In this document: positions 18,002-27,573 of the stretch, in pieces
How positions within the stretch are numbered: position 1 is the first letter of the stretch
How the letters are laid out: each line of letters starts with the position of its first letter
NCBI GenBank assembly: GCA_043821645.1
Contig: JBDRCO010000002.1
Location: 2,768 to 66,767 of the forward strand
Length of the DNA: 64,000 nt
Reading direction: 5' to 3'
Origin: Pseudomonadota bacterium
Lineage (GTDB): Bacteria; Myxococcota; JACRCW01; JAFGSX01
The notes under the pieces: generated by a model
Seen by the model: the letters and a program-made list of their open reading frames with translations, nothing else
What the model was told of the DNA's origin: nothing
The model's database searches: none
Translations under genes and position numbers: made by a program

Positions 18002-19873
18002 ATGTGCGGCATCGCGGGTTTCGTGCAGCGGTCCCCGGCGCCGGAGGTTCTGCGCCGCATGCTGGGTCGGCTGCGTCACCGCGGCCCCGACGGCGAGGGG
18101 ATGCATCTGCTCGAGGACAGAGGCTGGCATTTGCACCTGGGACACCGCCGCCTGGCCATCATCGATGTCGACGGTGGCGCCCAGCCCATGCTCGGTGACG
18201 ATGGGCGCAGCGCCATCACCTACAACGGGGAGGTGTACAACTTCACCGAGCTGGCGCCGGCCCTGCAAGCGCGCGGTCCAGCCCTGCGCACGCGGAGCGA
18301 TACCGAGGTGGTGCTGCGCAGTCTGCTCCAAAACGGCGCCGCAGCCGTGCCCGCCCTCGACGGCATGTTCGCCCTGGCGCTGTGGGATCAGCCCCGGCAT
18401 GGCTTGCTGCTGGTGCGCGACCGGCTCGGCATCAAGCCGCTCTACTACGCGCCGCTGCCCGACGGAGGACTGGTGTTTGGCAGCGAGCTGACCGCTGTGC
18501 TGGAGCACCCGGCAGTTGGCCGGACCCTGGCACCCGCAGCCCTGATCAGCTACCTGTTCTCGGACTCCGTGGCTCCTCCCGCCAGCATGGTCGATGGCGT
18601 GTTCAAGCTGCCACCGGCCTGCCACCTGCAGTGGCGCGACGGCCAGACCGGTACGGCCCAGCGCTACTGGCAGCTGCGCCTCCCCGAGGACGGAGACGCC
18701 GCCTCGCTCTCGTTCCGGCTGGGCGAAGTGCTGCAGCAGATGACCGAGGCTCAACTGGTGTCGGACGTGCCGGTGGGAGTCCTGCTCAGCGGCGGCATGG
18801 ACTCCACCGCGGTGGCCAGCTGCGCCAGCCGCGCCAGTGCGCGGCGCCTCGCGAGCTTCTGCGTGGGCTTCAGACGCGCCGACTTCGATGAGTCGGGCGC
18901 AGCCGGGGTCGTGGCCAGCGCCCTGGGCACTGCCCACCAGCTCGAGATGCTCGACGACGGCGACGCCCTCGACGCCGTGGACCGGGCGCTGGACTGCCTG
19001 GACGAGCCCCTGGCCGACCACTCCATCGTGCCCACCTACATGTTGTGCCGCCTCGCCGCGCGCCAGGTCAAGGTGGTGCTCAGTGGCGACGGTGCCGATG
19101 AGCTGTGGGGCGGCTATCCGACCTACCTCGCCCACCGTCTGGCCGGCGCCTACGGTCTCGTGCCTCCCCCCCTGCGGCGTCTCCTCGGACATTCGCTGCA
19201 GCTGCTCCCGCACTCGGATGCCTACCAGGACCTGGCCTGGAAGCTTCGCCGCTTCGTCGATCGCTTTGACGCTGTGCCCGGGCGCAGGCACCTGCGGTGG
19301 ATGAGCAGCCTGGATCTCGACCAGATCGGGGCCGTCTATCCCGCGGGTCAGGGGATGGTCCCCGCCACGGTGGCCGGTCTCCACGCCGAGCCTGTGCCGG
19401 ACCTGGACCTGGCCCTGCGCCTGGATCTGCAGACCTACCTGCCCGGGTCCGTGCTGGCCAAGGTCGATCGTGCGGCCATGGCGCATGGCCTCGAGGTGCG
19501 CCCGGTGTTCCTGGGCAATGCCATGATCGAGCTCGCCCTGGCCACGCCTGCGCGCCTCAAGTTCGAGGGTTCGCGGGGCAAGGCCCCGCTGCGCCAGATG
19601 CTGCGGCGCTCGCTTGCCGTCGACGCCTGGGACAGACCCAAGCACGGCTTCTCGGTCCCGGTCGCGGCCTGGACCCGCGGTCCGCTGCGTCCTCGCATCG
19701 ACGCCATGCTGCACGACTCGCCGCTATGGCAGGCCGGCGGCCTCGACCAGGCGCAGGTTCAACGGCGCACCACCAACCACCTCGCCCGGCGCGAGGATTT
19801 TGCCAAACCACTGTGGTCGCTGCTGGTCCTGGATCACTGGATGCGGCGCGCGGGTGCGAACTTCGAAGCCTGA
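18002..19873 (+). CDS. asnB: Asparagine synthase (glutamine-hydrolysing) family amidotransferase
   Basis: N-terminal MCGIAGF places the catalytic Cys at residue 2. An SGGMDS PP-loop is in the synthetase domain. The start sits 1 nt after the upstream GT2 stop. Confidence 0.85.
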   Translation: MCGIAGFVQRSPAPEVLRRMLGRLRHRGPDGEGMHLLEDRGWHLHLGHRRLAIIDVDGGAQPMLGDDGRSAITYNGEVYNFTELAPALQARGPALRTRSDTEVVLRSLLQNGAAAVPALDGMFALALWDQPRHGLLLVRDRLGIKPLYYAPLPDGGLVFGSELTAVLEHPAVGRTLAPAALISYLFSDSVAPPASMVDGVFKLPPACHLQWRDGQTGTAQRYWQLRLPEDGDAASLSFRLGEVLQQMTEAQLVSDVPVGVLLSGGMDSTAVASCASRASARRLASFCVGFRRADFDESGAAGVVASALGTAHQLEMLDDGDALDAVDRALDCLDEPLADHSIVPTYMLCRLAARQVKVVLSGDGADELWGGYPTYLAHRLAGAYGLVPPPLRRLLGHSLQLLPHSDAYQDLAWKLRRFVDRFDAVPGRRHLRWMSSLDLDQIGAVYPAGQGMVPATVAGLHAEPVPDLDLALRLDLQTYLPGSVLAKVDRAAMAHGLEVRPVFLGNAMIELALATPARLKFEGSRGKAPLRQMLRRSLAVDAWDRPKHGFSVPVAAWTRGPLRPRIDAMLHDSPLWQAGGLDQAQVQRRTTNHLARREDFAKPLWSLLVLDHWMRRAGANFEA

Positions 19874-19935
19874 GAAGACGCCCTGGGCCACGCACACGTT
19901 GACGACGACTCGCTGCAAACGCTTTAATCGTCGCC

Positions 19936-21666
19936 GTGAGAACCGCTCGCTTCACCGTCCTCGGACCCCTGATGGGTGGCCAGGGCTCGCAGGCATTCCT
20001 CGGCCAGGAGGTCGGGCCCCAGGGGCCCATCCGGCCCGTGGTGATGGTGTTCCTGCCCGACGAGGTGGTCGACAACCGCGAACTGTTCGAGCGCATCCTC
20101 GAGGAGACCAAGGTGGCCGTGCGCATCGATCACCGCAACGTGATCGGTCTGCACGGGCTGGCCAAGCTCGAGGAGGGCTACGCCCGCATCGTCGAGTTCG
20201 CCGACGCCGAGTCGCTGCGCTCGATCTACAAGAAGCTCAAGACCCAGGGCCGCCGCCTGCCACCGCCCATTGCCACCGCCATCCTGGCCCAGGCCTGCAT
20301 GGGTGTGCACTACGCGCACGAGCTTGGCATCTCGATGACCGGCAAGCCCATGACCCACGGCGGGCTGCGACCCGAGACCCTGCTGGTCGGCTTTTCGGGC
20401 ACTGCCAAGGTCACGGGCTTTGGCGCCGCGCTCATCGCCGAGGGGCTGGCCAGGGCCCAGGGTGCCGAGAGCTCGATCCGCGATCCCTACACCGCCCCCG
20501 AGCAGATCTTCGGCGGCCGCAAGGCGGCCACGCTGCAGACCGACGTGTATGGCCTGGGAGCGGTGCTGTACGAGGCGCTGAGCGGCAAGCCGCCCTTCGG
20601 GCAGGATGCCTCGCTGGCCCAGGCCATCACCTCGGCCGCACCGTCGGAGCAGCTGCTGCAGGATGTGCCTCCGCAGCTCGCCAGCATCGTGCTGCGCGCC
20701 ATGGCCAAGCAGGCCCCGGATCGCTTCACCAGCGCTCTCGAGATGCGCGAGGCCCTGCAGCAGCAGCCGGCCATGGCCACCGAGGCCGAGGTGGCGAGCT
20801 TCATGGAGTGGCTGTTCCCGGCAGACACCCCGCAGCGTCAGGCACGCCGCGAACTCCTCGACAAGGGCAGGGATGAGACCGACGCCCAGTCCACGCAGCT
20901 GCGCGCGGACGACAGCGAGCCCACCTCACCTGCTTTCCCGGCCGTGAGTGAAACGCCGCCACCGCAGCCCGTGCTCCGGGCACCCGCGACCGCGCCGGCA
21001 CCTACACCCCGGCCCGCGGTCGCGGCCCCGGTCCCTGCGCCACCGCCCACAGCAGCGGCACCCGCACCACCGCCTGCAACACCGGCGCCTGCGCCAGCCG
21101 TCGTGCGCGAGGTCCGCGAGGTTCACCAGGAGCGTGTGGTGTACCGCACGCACCCTGCCATCTACGCGGTGGCTGGCCTGCTTGGTGGAGCCGTGCTGGT
21201 GCTGGTGGCGATCTTCGCGCTGCGACCTCCGACCACGCCTGCACCGGTGGTGGTCGCACCTCCGGTGGCGCCGCCCGTGGCAGCGGACCCTGCAGTCCCC
21301 GACGCCGCGGTGGCAGCGGCCGCGCGTCCGATCGTCCCACCGCCTCCCGATCCGCCGCCCCGACCCGTCGTCAGCAAGCCCGTGCGCAAGCCACCTCGAC
21401 GCCCTCCGGCCGACATTCCCGGCGACCCGGTGGCCCCGGCTCCGCGGGGGGGCACGGGCAACCTCATCATCGAAGCGCCCTCCGGCAGCGAGATCCTCAT
21501 CGACGGCAAGCGCGCAGGGACAGCCCCGCTGCCACCCCTGGAGCTCACCGCGGGCAAGCACAAGGTGCTGGTCAAGCAAGCCGGCACCGGCGTGCAGTAC
21601 CGGCGCTCGGTGACCGTCAAGGCCGACCTCGACCTGACCATGACGGTGCAGTTTTACAGTGACTGA
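19936..21666 (+). CDS. Ser/Thr protein kinase-like pseudokinase with a Pro-rich linker, a transmembrane helix and a C-terminal PEGA domain
   Basis: Kinase-fold N-terminus (FTVLGPLMGGQGSQAFLG, KVAVRI). The catalytic loop reads HGGLRPETLL instead of HRDLKPEN, and DFG is replaced by GFG. A Pro/Ala-rich segment precedes a TM helix (IYAVAGLLGGAVLVLVAIFAL) and a PEGA-like domain (GNLIIEAPSGSEILIDGKRAGTAP...GKHKVLV). Confidence 0.7.
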   Translation: MRTARFTVLGPLMGGQGSQAFLGQEVGPQGPIRPVVMVFLPDEVVDNRELFERILEETKVAVRIDHRNVIGLHGLAKLEEGYARIVEFADAESLRSIYKKLKTQGRRLPPPIATAILAQACMGVHYAHELGISMTGKPMTHGGLRPETLLVGFSGTAKVTGFGAALIAEGLARAQGAESSIRDPYTAPEQIFGGRKAATLQTDVYGLGAVLYEALSGKPPFGQDASLAQAITSAAPSEQLLQDVPPQLASIVLRAMAKQAPDRFTSALEMREALQQQPAMATEAEVASFMEWLFPADTPQRQARRELLDKGRDETDAQSTQLRADDSEPTSPAFPAVSETPPPQPVLRAPATAPAPTPRPAVAAPVPAPPPTAAAPAPPPATPAPAPAVVREVREVHQERVVYRTHPAIYAVAGLLGGAVLVLVAIFALRPPTTPAPVVVAPPVAPPVAADPAVPDAAVAAAARPIVPPPPDPPPRPVVSKPVRKPPRRPPADIPGDPVAPAPRGGTGNLIIEAPSGSEILIDGKRAGTAPLPPLELTAGKHKVLVKQAGTGVQYRRSVTVKADLDLTMTVQFYSD

Positions 21667-21758
21667 ACCACCCGCCTCGGCCCGCCTCCCCTCTGCGCGA
21701 CCCGGCCCACAGCCACACGGCCCTGGATGAAGTCGTTGCCTCGACACACCTGCGTGGT

Positions 21759-23717
21759 ATGACGCCGGGCAGGACCAGGGCCAGCATGACCGACGACTCC
21801 ACAAGCACCGATCCACCGTCGACACCGCGCGGCCAGGCCAGCATGCGCTCGGCCCTGAGCGAGCTGCTGGGCTGGCACCACGCCCGTACCCTGTGGCGAC
21901 TGTTTTTGCTGTGCGCCCTGGTCGGGGTGGTCGCGGGCCTGGGCGCGGCGGTGTTCTTTTATCTGCTCGAGGGGAGCTCGCGCCTTTTTCTCGACGGCAT
22001 TGCCGGCTACCGGCCTCAGCATCCCGGGGGCGAGACCCCGCTGTTCCTGCACTCGGAATCACCCTTCAACCGCTGGTGGTTGTTCGCCCTGCCCGCCCTG
22101 GGGGGTCTGGTCAGCGGCTGGCTGGTCTACACCTTTGCGCCAGAGGCCGAGGGGCATGGCACCGACGCGGCCATCGACGCTTACCACCACAAGGCCGGCT
22201 TCATCCGCTCACGGGTGCCCCTGGTCAAGACCATCGCCTCGGCCATCACCATTGGCACCGGGGGCTCGGCCGGACGCGAGGGCCCCATCGCCCAGATCGG
22301 TGCCGGCTTCGGTTCCATGCTGGGGCGCTGGCTCGACCTGGATCCGCACGAAAAGCGCATCATGATGGCGGCGGGCATGGGCGCTGGCGTCGGCGCCATC
22401 TTTCATGCTCCCCTGGCCGGAGCCTTGTTCTCGGCCGAGGTGCTGTATCGGGAGATGGACCTCGAGTACGAGGTCATCACCCCGTCCATTCTGGCCTCCA
22501 TCGTCGCGTACAGCGTGTTCTCGCTGATCTTCGGCTGGGAGCCGCTGTTTCACACCCCCGCCTTCGTGTTCCACAACCCCGCCGAGCTCCTGCCCTACAC
22601 CGTGCTGGCCCTGGCCGTGTCCGCGGGCGGCGCCCTGTTCGTGATGATCTTCTACAGGGTGAACAGGCTGTTCGCCGGCCTGCGCCTGCCGCGCATGTAC
22701 AGGCCCGCCCTCGGCGGGCTGGTGGTCGGCGTCATCGGCCTGGCGGTTCCCGAAGCCCTGGCCTCTGGCTACGGCGTGGTGCAGGGTGCCATCCTCGACC
22801 AGGCGGCCATAGGCCTGCTGCTCGCCGTGGCCCTGGCCAAGATCCTGACCACCTCGTTCACCATCGGCTCGGGAGGCTCCGGCGGCGTGTTCGGGCCCTC
22901 GGTCGTCATCGGCGGCGCCCTGGGGGGCGGGGTGGGGCTGTGGCTCCACAGCATGATGCCGCAGCTGGTGGCCAATCCCGGCTCCTACGCCATGGTCGGC
23001 ATGGCCGGTTTCTTTACCGCCGTCGCCAACACACCCATCTCGACGGTGATCATGGTCAGCGAGATGACAGGCAACTACCACCTGCTGGTGCCCTCGATGT
23101 GGGTGTGCACCATCGCCTTCTTGCTGGTGCGCCGCACCTCGATCTACGACAAGCAGGTGGCGACGCGCGCCGACGCCCCGCACCACCTGCGGGAGATGAC
23201 CCGCGCCCTGCTCGAGCGCCTGCGCGTGGGCGATGTGTTGCAGCGCCGCCAGCACACATGCCCGCCGGCGGTGGCACACCGCACTCCCTTGCACAGCGTG
23301 CTGCACCTGTTCGCCGACAGCGACTGCCAGTGCCTCCCTGTCGTCGACGACACGGGGCGCCTGACCGGCACCGTGCACCTGGATGCGGTGCAGAAGACCC
23401 TGGGGGATGAGTCCACCTTGGATCCCTTGCTCATCGCCGAGGACCTGGCCGAGCCTGCGGTGACCGTGACGGCGGACGAGAGCCTGCAGCAGGCCCTGCA
23501 CCGCCTGACCGCGAGTGGCCATCAGAGCTTGCTGGTGGTGGACCCCCGGGCGCCCGAGCAGGTGCTCGACATCCTGAGCACCCAGGACATCAGCGAGGCT
23601 TATGACGCTCTGGTGCAGCAGACCCTGCAGCCGGGCATGCTGCCTTTTGCCCGCAGCGTGTTCACCCGAGCCCTGCAGGGCCGCCCGCCCGGAGACGACA
23701 GCACTCCCCGACACTGA
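21759..23717 (+). CDS. ClC-family voltage-gated chloride channel/transporter with C-terminal CBS domains
   Basis: ClC selectivity motifs GGSAGREGP, GVFGPS and GSGGSGGVF are present, with multiple TM helices and a C-terminal CBS pair. The start is uncertain (21759, 21786 or 21843). Confidence 0.8.
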   Translation: MTPGRTRASMTDDSTSTDPPSTPRGQASMRSALSELLGWHHARTLWRLFLLCALVGVVAGLGAAVFFYLLEGSSRLFLDGIAGYRPQHPGGETPLFLHSESPFNRWWLFALPALGGLVSGWLVYTFAPEAEGHGTDAAIDAYHHKAGFIRSRVPLVKTIASAITIGTGGSAGREGPIAQIGAGFGSMLGRWLDLDPHEKRIMMAAGMGAGVGAIFHAPLAGALFSAEVLYREMDLEYEVITPSILASIVAYSVFSLIFGWEPLFHTPAFVFHNPAELLPYTVLALAVSAGGALFVMIFYRVNRLFAGLRLPRMYRPALGGLVVGVIGLAVPEALASGYGVVQGAILDQAAIGLLLAVALAKILTTSFTIGSGGSGGVFGPSVVIGGALGGGVGLWLHSMMPQLVANPGSYAMVGMAGFFTAVANTPISTVIMVSEMTGNYHLLVPSMWVCTIAFLLVRRTSIYDKQVATRADAPHHLREMTRALLERLRVGDVLQRRQHTCPPAVAHRTPLHSVLHLFADSDCQCLPVVDDTGRLTGTVHLDAVQKTLGDESTLDPLLIAEDLAEPAVTVTADESLQQALHRLTASGHQSLLVVDPRAPEQVLDILSTQDISEAYDALVQQTLQPGMLPFARSVFTRALQGRPPGDDSTPRH

Positions 23718-23755
23718 TAGCCTCGATCCCTGCGGGCAACTCCGCCGGACCCGGC

Positions 23756-25927
23756 ATGGCCACCAGGAAGAAAAAACAAGGTCTCGCCTCGTCGGCAGCT
23801 CGCCCCACGGCGCAGAAGCCCAGCTCTCCCTCGGGCTTCCGGTCCCCGGGTGACGACGAGCCAGGATCGACCGAGACCGCGCAGCTGCTGCAGCAGAACC
23901 TGCGCACCCTGCAGGAACGCGAGGCCCTGCTGAGCGTGCTGGTCGAGAGCCAGGGCGAGGGCCTGGGCATGGTGAACACGGCCGAGGTGTTCACCTTTGC
24001 CAACCCGGCGGCGGAGCAGGTCTTCGGCGTACCTCGGGGCACCCTGGTGGGGCGCAGCCTGCTGTCGTTCCTCGATGCCGAAGACTACGGGCGCATGCAG
24101 AAGGAGACCGACCGGCGGCGCCAGGGCGAGCGCTCGACCTACGAGCTGACCATTCGACGTGGCGATGGAGAACAGCGCACCATCCTGGTGACGGCCACAC
24201 CGCACGTCGACGACAACGGCGCCCTGATCCACACCTTTGGCATCTTCCGCGACATCACCGACCGCAAGCTGGCCGAGCACGCCCTGCTGCAGGCGCGCGA
24301 CGATGCCGAGCGCGCCCGCTCCAAGCTCGAACAGGCGGTGGAGATTGCCACCCGCATGGCCGAGGAGGCCGGGCGTGCCAATGCCGCCAAGAGCCAGTTC
24401 CTGGCCCACATGAGCCACGAGGTGCGCACACCCCTGCACGCCATCCTGGGCACGGCCCACGTGCTCGGGGACAGCGCGCTCGACGACGACCAGCGGCAGT
24501 TGCTCGAAACCTTGCAGGTGAACGCCGAGAACCTGTTGCACATCGTCGACGATCTGCTGGATTTGTCGCGCGTCGAGGCCGGCTCCCTGTCCCTCGAAGA
24601 CGTGGTCTTTGCACTGCGGCCGGTGCTCGACGAGGCGATGCACGGCCCGGCCACGCGCGCCCGGGACAAGGGCCTTCAGGTCGACCTGCGGCTGGGTGAG
24701 GACGTGCCCGCCGAGCTTCGCGGTGACCCCCTGCGTCTCAATCAGGTCCTTGTCAACCTGCTCTCCAACGCGGTCAAGTTCACACACAAGGGGCACATTG
24801 ACGTCGAGGTGACGGTGCAGCACCGCCTGGGCAAGGACGCCGTGCTGCGCATCGAGGTGCGGGACACTGGCATCGGCGTTCCGGCGAACCAGCTGTCTCG
24901 GCTGTTCCAGCCCTTCAGCCAGGCCGACGCCTCGATCACCCGAGCGTACGGCGGCACGGGTCTCGGCCTGTCCATCTCGCGCAAGCTGGTCGAGCTGATG
25001 GGCGGCGAGATCGGCATGCACAGCGTCCAGGACCAGGGCTCCACCTTCTGGCTGGTCCTGCCCCTGCGCTTTGGGCCCGCCAGCGCATCCCTGCCACGGC
25101 CCGGACCGCAGTCGGCACCCACCCGGGGCCCACTGGCGCGCTTCGTCGCTCCTGGACCACGCGTGCTGGTGGCCGAGGACAATGCCACCAACAGGATGCT
25201 GGCCAGTCGCCTGCTCGAACGGGTCGGCTGCCGCAGTGTGCTGGTCGACAACGGTATCGAGGCCCTCAAGCAGCTCACCCTGTATCGCTTCGATGCCGTG
25301 CTGATGGATGTGCAGATGCCCGTGCTCGACGGCGTGGCGGCCACGCGCATGATCCGCAGCGCCCAGACCCGGGTCCTGGATATGCAGGTCCCCATCATCG
25401 CCCTCACCGCCCACGCCCTGGCGGAGGATCGACAGCGCTTTCTGGCCGCGGGCATGAACGACGTCGTCACCAAGCCCGTGCGCTCACAAGAACTGCTGCA
25501 GGCACTGGTTCGCGCCACCGGTCACGCCGTGGAGGCCTTGCCCGCTGTCCCCGTGGCAGCCCCGTCGAGCACCACCGTGGCACTGGATCTCGAGGCCCTC
25601 GGCCAGCGCCTGGGTGATCACGACATCGCGCTCGAGATCGCGCGCAGCTTCGCCGACGACGCGCAGGCCCTGGTCGAGACCATCGCCGCCACGGCCGGGG
25701 ATGCTGATCGTGCCGCGCTCCAGCGCAGCGCGCACACCCTCAAGGGCTCCGCGGGCAACGTCGGCGCCGCGCGCCTGTTTGGCCTGGCAACCCGGCTCGA
25801 TCACCATGCCCGCGCGGGCGATCGCGCAGCCCTGGCGCCGCTGGTGCAGGAGCTCCAACTCGCCATGGCAGAGCTTCGCAGCTTGCTCGACCGCAGCCCG
25901 CACGCGCCCGCTCAGGACTCCCGCTGA
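23756..25927 (+). CDS. Hybrid sensor histidine kinase: PAS, HisKA, HATPase, receiver and Hpt domains
   Basis: PAS-like sensor region. H-box HMSHEVRTPLHAI. N/G boxes in the ATPase domain (EVRDTGIGV, GGTGLGLSI). Receiver domain (VLVAEDNATNRML...DAVLMDVQMPVLDG...K). C-terminal Hpt domain (HTLKGSAGNVGAARL). Confidence 0.85.
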   Translation: MATRKKKQGLASSAARPTAQKPSSPSGFRSPGDDEPGSTETAQLLQQNLRTLQEREALLSVLVESQGEGLGMVNTAEVFTFANPAAEQVFGVPRGTLVGRSLLSFLDAEDYGRMQKETDRRRQGERSTYELTIRRGDGEQRTILVTATPHVDDNGALIHTFGIFRDITDRKLAEHALLQARDDAERARSKLEQAVEIATRMAEEAGRANAAKSQFLAHMSHEVRTPLHAILGTAHVLGDSALDDDQRQLLETLQVNAENLLHIVDDLLDLSRVEAGSLSLEDVVFALRPVLDEAMHGPATRARDKGLQVDLRLGEDVPAELRGDPLRLNQVLVNLLSNAVKFTHKGHIDVEVTVQHRLGKDAVLRIEVRDTGIGVPANQLSRLFQPFSQADASITRAYGGTGLGLSISRKLVELMGGEIGMHSVQDQGSTFWLVLPLRFGPASASLPRPGPQSAPTRGPLARFVAPGPRVLVAEDNATNRMLASRLLERVGCRSVLVDNGIEALKQLTLYRFDAVLMDVQMPVLDGVAATRMIRSAQTRVLDMQVPIIALTAHALAEDRQRFLAAGMNDVVTKPVRSQELLQALVRATGHAVEALPAVPVAAPSSTTVALDLEALGQRLGDHDIALEIARSFADDAQALVETIAATAGDADRAALQRSAHTLKGSAGNVGAARLFGLATRLDHHARAGDRAALAPLVQELQLAMAELRSLLDRSPHAPAQDSR

Positions 25928-25945
25928 ACGCGCGATCGGCGCTGC

Positions 25946-26593
25946 TCAGCGCAGACCCGGCGGCGCCAGGCAGGGCAGCCGGTGCTGCCAGCCCGGGCCA
26001 TGACGACGGTCCTTGGTCACGCGCAGCTCGGCCACGGGTCCGTGCTCGCCACTCCAGCGCAGGGACTCGGCGCGCAGGGCGATGAGCGAGCCCAGGCCGG
26101 GACCGGCCGCGGTCACGAACAGCAGGGCACTGTGGTGCGCGCGCGCCAGACCTGTCAGCCGCGCCAGCAGGGGCGTATCCAGGCGCAGGCGCTCGCGGCT
26201 CGCCGATCCACTCGCCTCGCCGTCGCCGCCGCCCACGCCGGCCAGATCCACCACCACCAGGCCAAAGGCGCCCGAGCGCAGCAGCTTGTCCGCGGCGCGC
26301 CCGGCCTGCTGCGCGCTGCGCACGCGCACCACGGGAAGAGCCCGCAGGTCCACGCCGCCGGCCGCCGCATCCGGCGCGAAGAAGGCCTGCTGCTGCAGGG
26401 TCACCCAGGCCGCGGGCTCCCCCGCCAGCTGGGCCTCGCGCACCAGGGCCAGGGCCTGGGTCAGGGGCGCGCTGGCCGCTTTGGCCACGATCTCCACGGC
26501 GCGGCCGCACAGCTCGTCCAGGGCAAAGCGCGGCGCGCTCGCTGGCACCAGACGGGTCGCGTCGACCAGGCGCAGGGCCAGGGCCTGGCTCAT
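25946..26593 (-). CDS. imuA: SulA/ImuA-like SOS protein (truncated RecA fold, no P-loop)
   Basis: The start ATG overlaps the lexA stop in an ATGA arrangement. The sequence AWVTLQQQ...LRSGAFGLVVVDL follows the SulA/ImuA pattern, and there is a RecA-like DELCGRAVEI segment but no Walker A motif. The ORF-track M at 26716 lies inside lexA and is unlikely to be the start. Confidence 0.55.
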   Translation of the reverse strand: MSQALALRLVDATRLVPASAPRFALDELCGRAVEIVAKAASAPLTQALALVREAQLAGEPAAWVTLQQQAFFAPDAAAGGVDLRALPVVRVRSAQQAGRAADKLLRSGAFGLVVVDLAGVGGGDGEASGSASRERLRLDTPLLARLTGLARAHHSALLFVTAAGPGLGSLIALRAESLRWSGEHGPVAELRVTKDRRHGPGWQHRLPCLAPPGLR

Positions 26594-27228
26594 CGCGCCG
26601 CCTCGACAAGGTCCCGGCCAGGCTCCAGCAGGCGCCGCAGCTCGATCACCTTGCCCAGCAGCTGCAGCTCCCCGGGCGGCACGCGGATGGGCTCGAAGGC
26701 CGGGTTGTCGGGCCACAGCTCGATGGCGCCGGATCCCATCCGCAACCGCTTCACCGTGGCCTCGTCACCCACCAGGGCCACCACGATGTCGCCCGGATCC
26801 GCGGTGGGCTGTTGCCGCACCACCACGATGTCGCCATCCAGGATGCCAGCGTCGCGCATGCTCTCGCCGCGCACGCGCAGGGCGAACAGACCCTCGCGCG
26901 GGCGCGTGCTGGCCACGGGCACGAAGCCCTCGGGTTCCTCGAGCGCGGTGGTCAGGGCGCCGGCCTGCACCCGGCCCAGCAGGGGCACCATCTGGGTGGG
27001 CAGGACGCGCTCGCCGCGGCCCAGGCTGTAGCCCCGCGCCAGGCCCGGGGCCTTGCCCAGCAGGCCGTCGCGCACCAGGGCCTCGAGGTGGCTGCGCGCG
27101 GTCTGCACCGCCTTGAAGCCCAGCGCCTGCTGCACCTCGCGCACCGTGGGCGGTTGCCCGGCGAGCAGCCTCTGGCGCATGAAACTGTAGACTTTTTGCC
27201 TGGTTGCACCTTTTGGCGTACGACCCAT
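26590..27228 (-). CDS. lexA: LexA repressor (S24 peptidase)
   Basis: N-terminal winged HTH (PTVREVQQALGFKAVQTARSHLEALVRDG). An Ala-Gly cleavage site region. Catalytic Ser in GESM and Lys in VKRL. Confidence 0.9.
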   Translation of the reverse strand: MGRTPKGATRQKVYSFMRQRLLAGQPPTVREVQQALGFKAVQTARSHLEALVRDGLLGKAPGLARGYSLGRGERVLPTQMVPLLGRVQAGALTTALEEPEGFVPVASTRPREGLFALRVRGESMRDAGILDGDIVVVRQQPTADPGDIVVALVGDEATVKRLRMGSGAIELWPDNPAFEPIRVPPGELQLLGKVIELRRLLEPGRDLVEAAR

Positions 27229-27573
27229 GGGGCAGCCTCCTGTTCTCCTATTTTGCAGACGTATGTCTTAAAAACAAGGAGATCAGGGTGAGACGAGCGG
27301 ATCCGGGGTGGATCCGCAGGCGGGCGGAGCGCTGCCCGCTCATACCGAATCGCTTTGATTGAACTTGATGTGGGGGGCCCAGGTGAGGCTTTTTTCCGAG
27401 CGTGCGAGGACAAAAAGACTCGCCAGCCCGAACAGGTGCCTGGCACTTGTCGCAGGGTGCCTCGCTTGGGGTCGCCAGGTGCCCCGCTCAGGGTCTGGCA
27501 GTGGCTGCGTGGCCTCCCGGGTCGGCTCCGCGGGGTCCAGGGACTGCCTCGGTGGGTACCGGGTCGCCGAAAT

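Noticed and set aside
26594-26716. ORF-track N-terminal extension of the SulA/ImuA-like gene to 26716
   Set aside because: The extension lies entirely inside the lexA coding sequence. The internal ATG at 26593 forms an ATGA overlap with the lexA stop, which is the more parsimonious start.
27229-27330. Search for a LexA box upstream of lexA
   Set aside because: I found only weak partial palindromes (CTGTTC...GCAGAC, GGATCC-N5-GGATCC). None match a known LexA-box consensus, so no operator is annotated.
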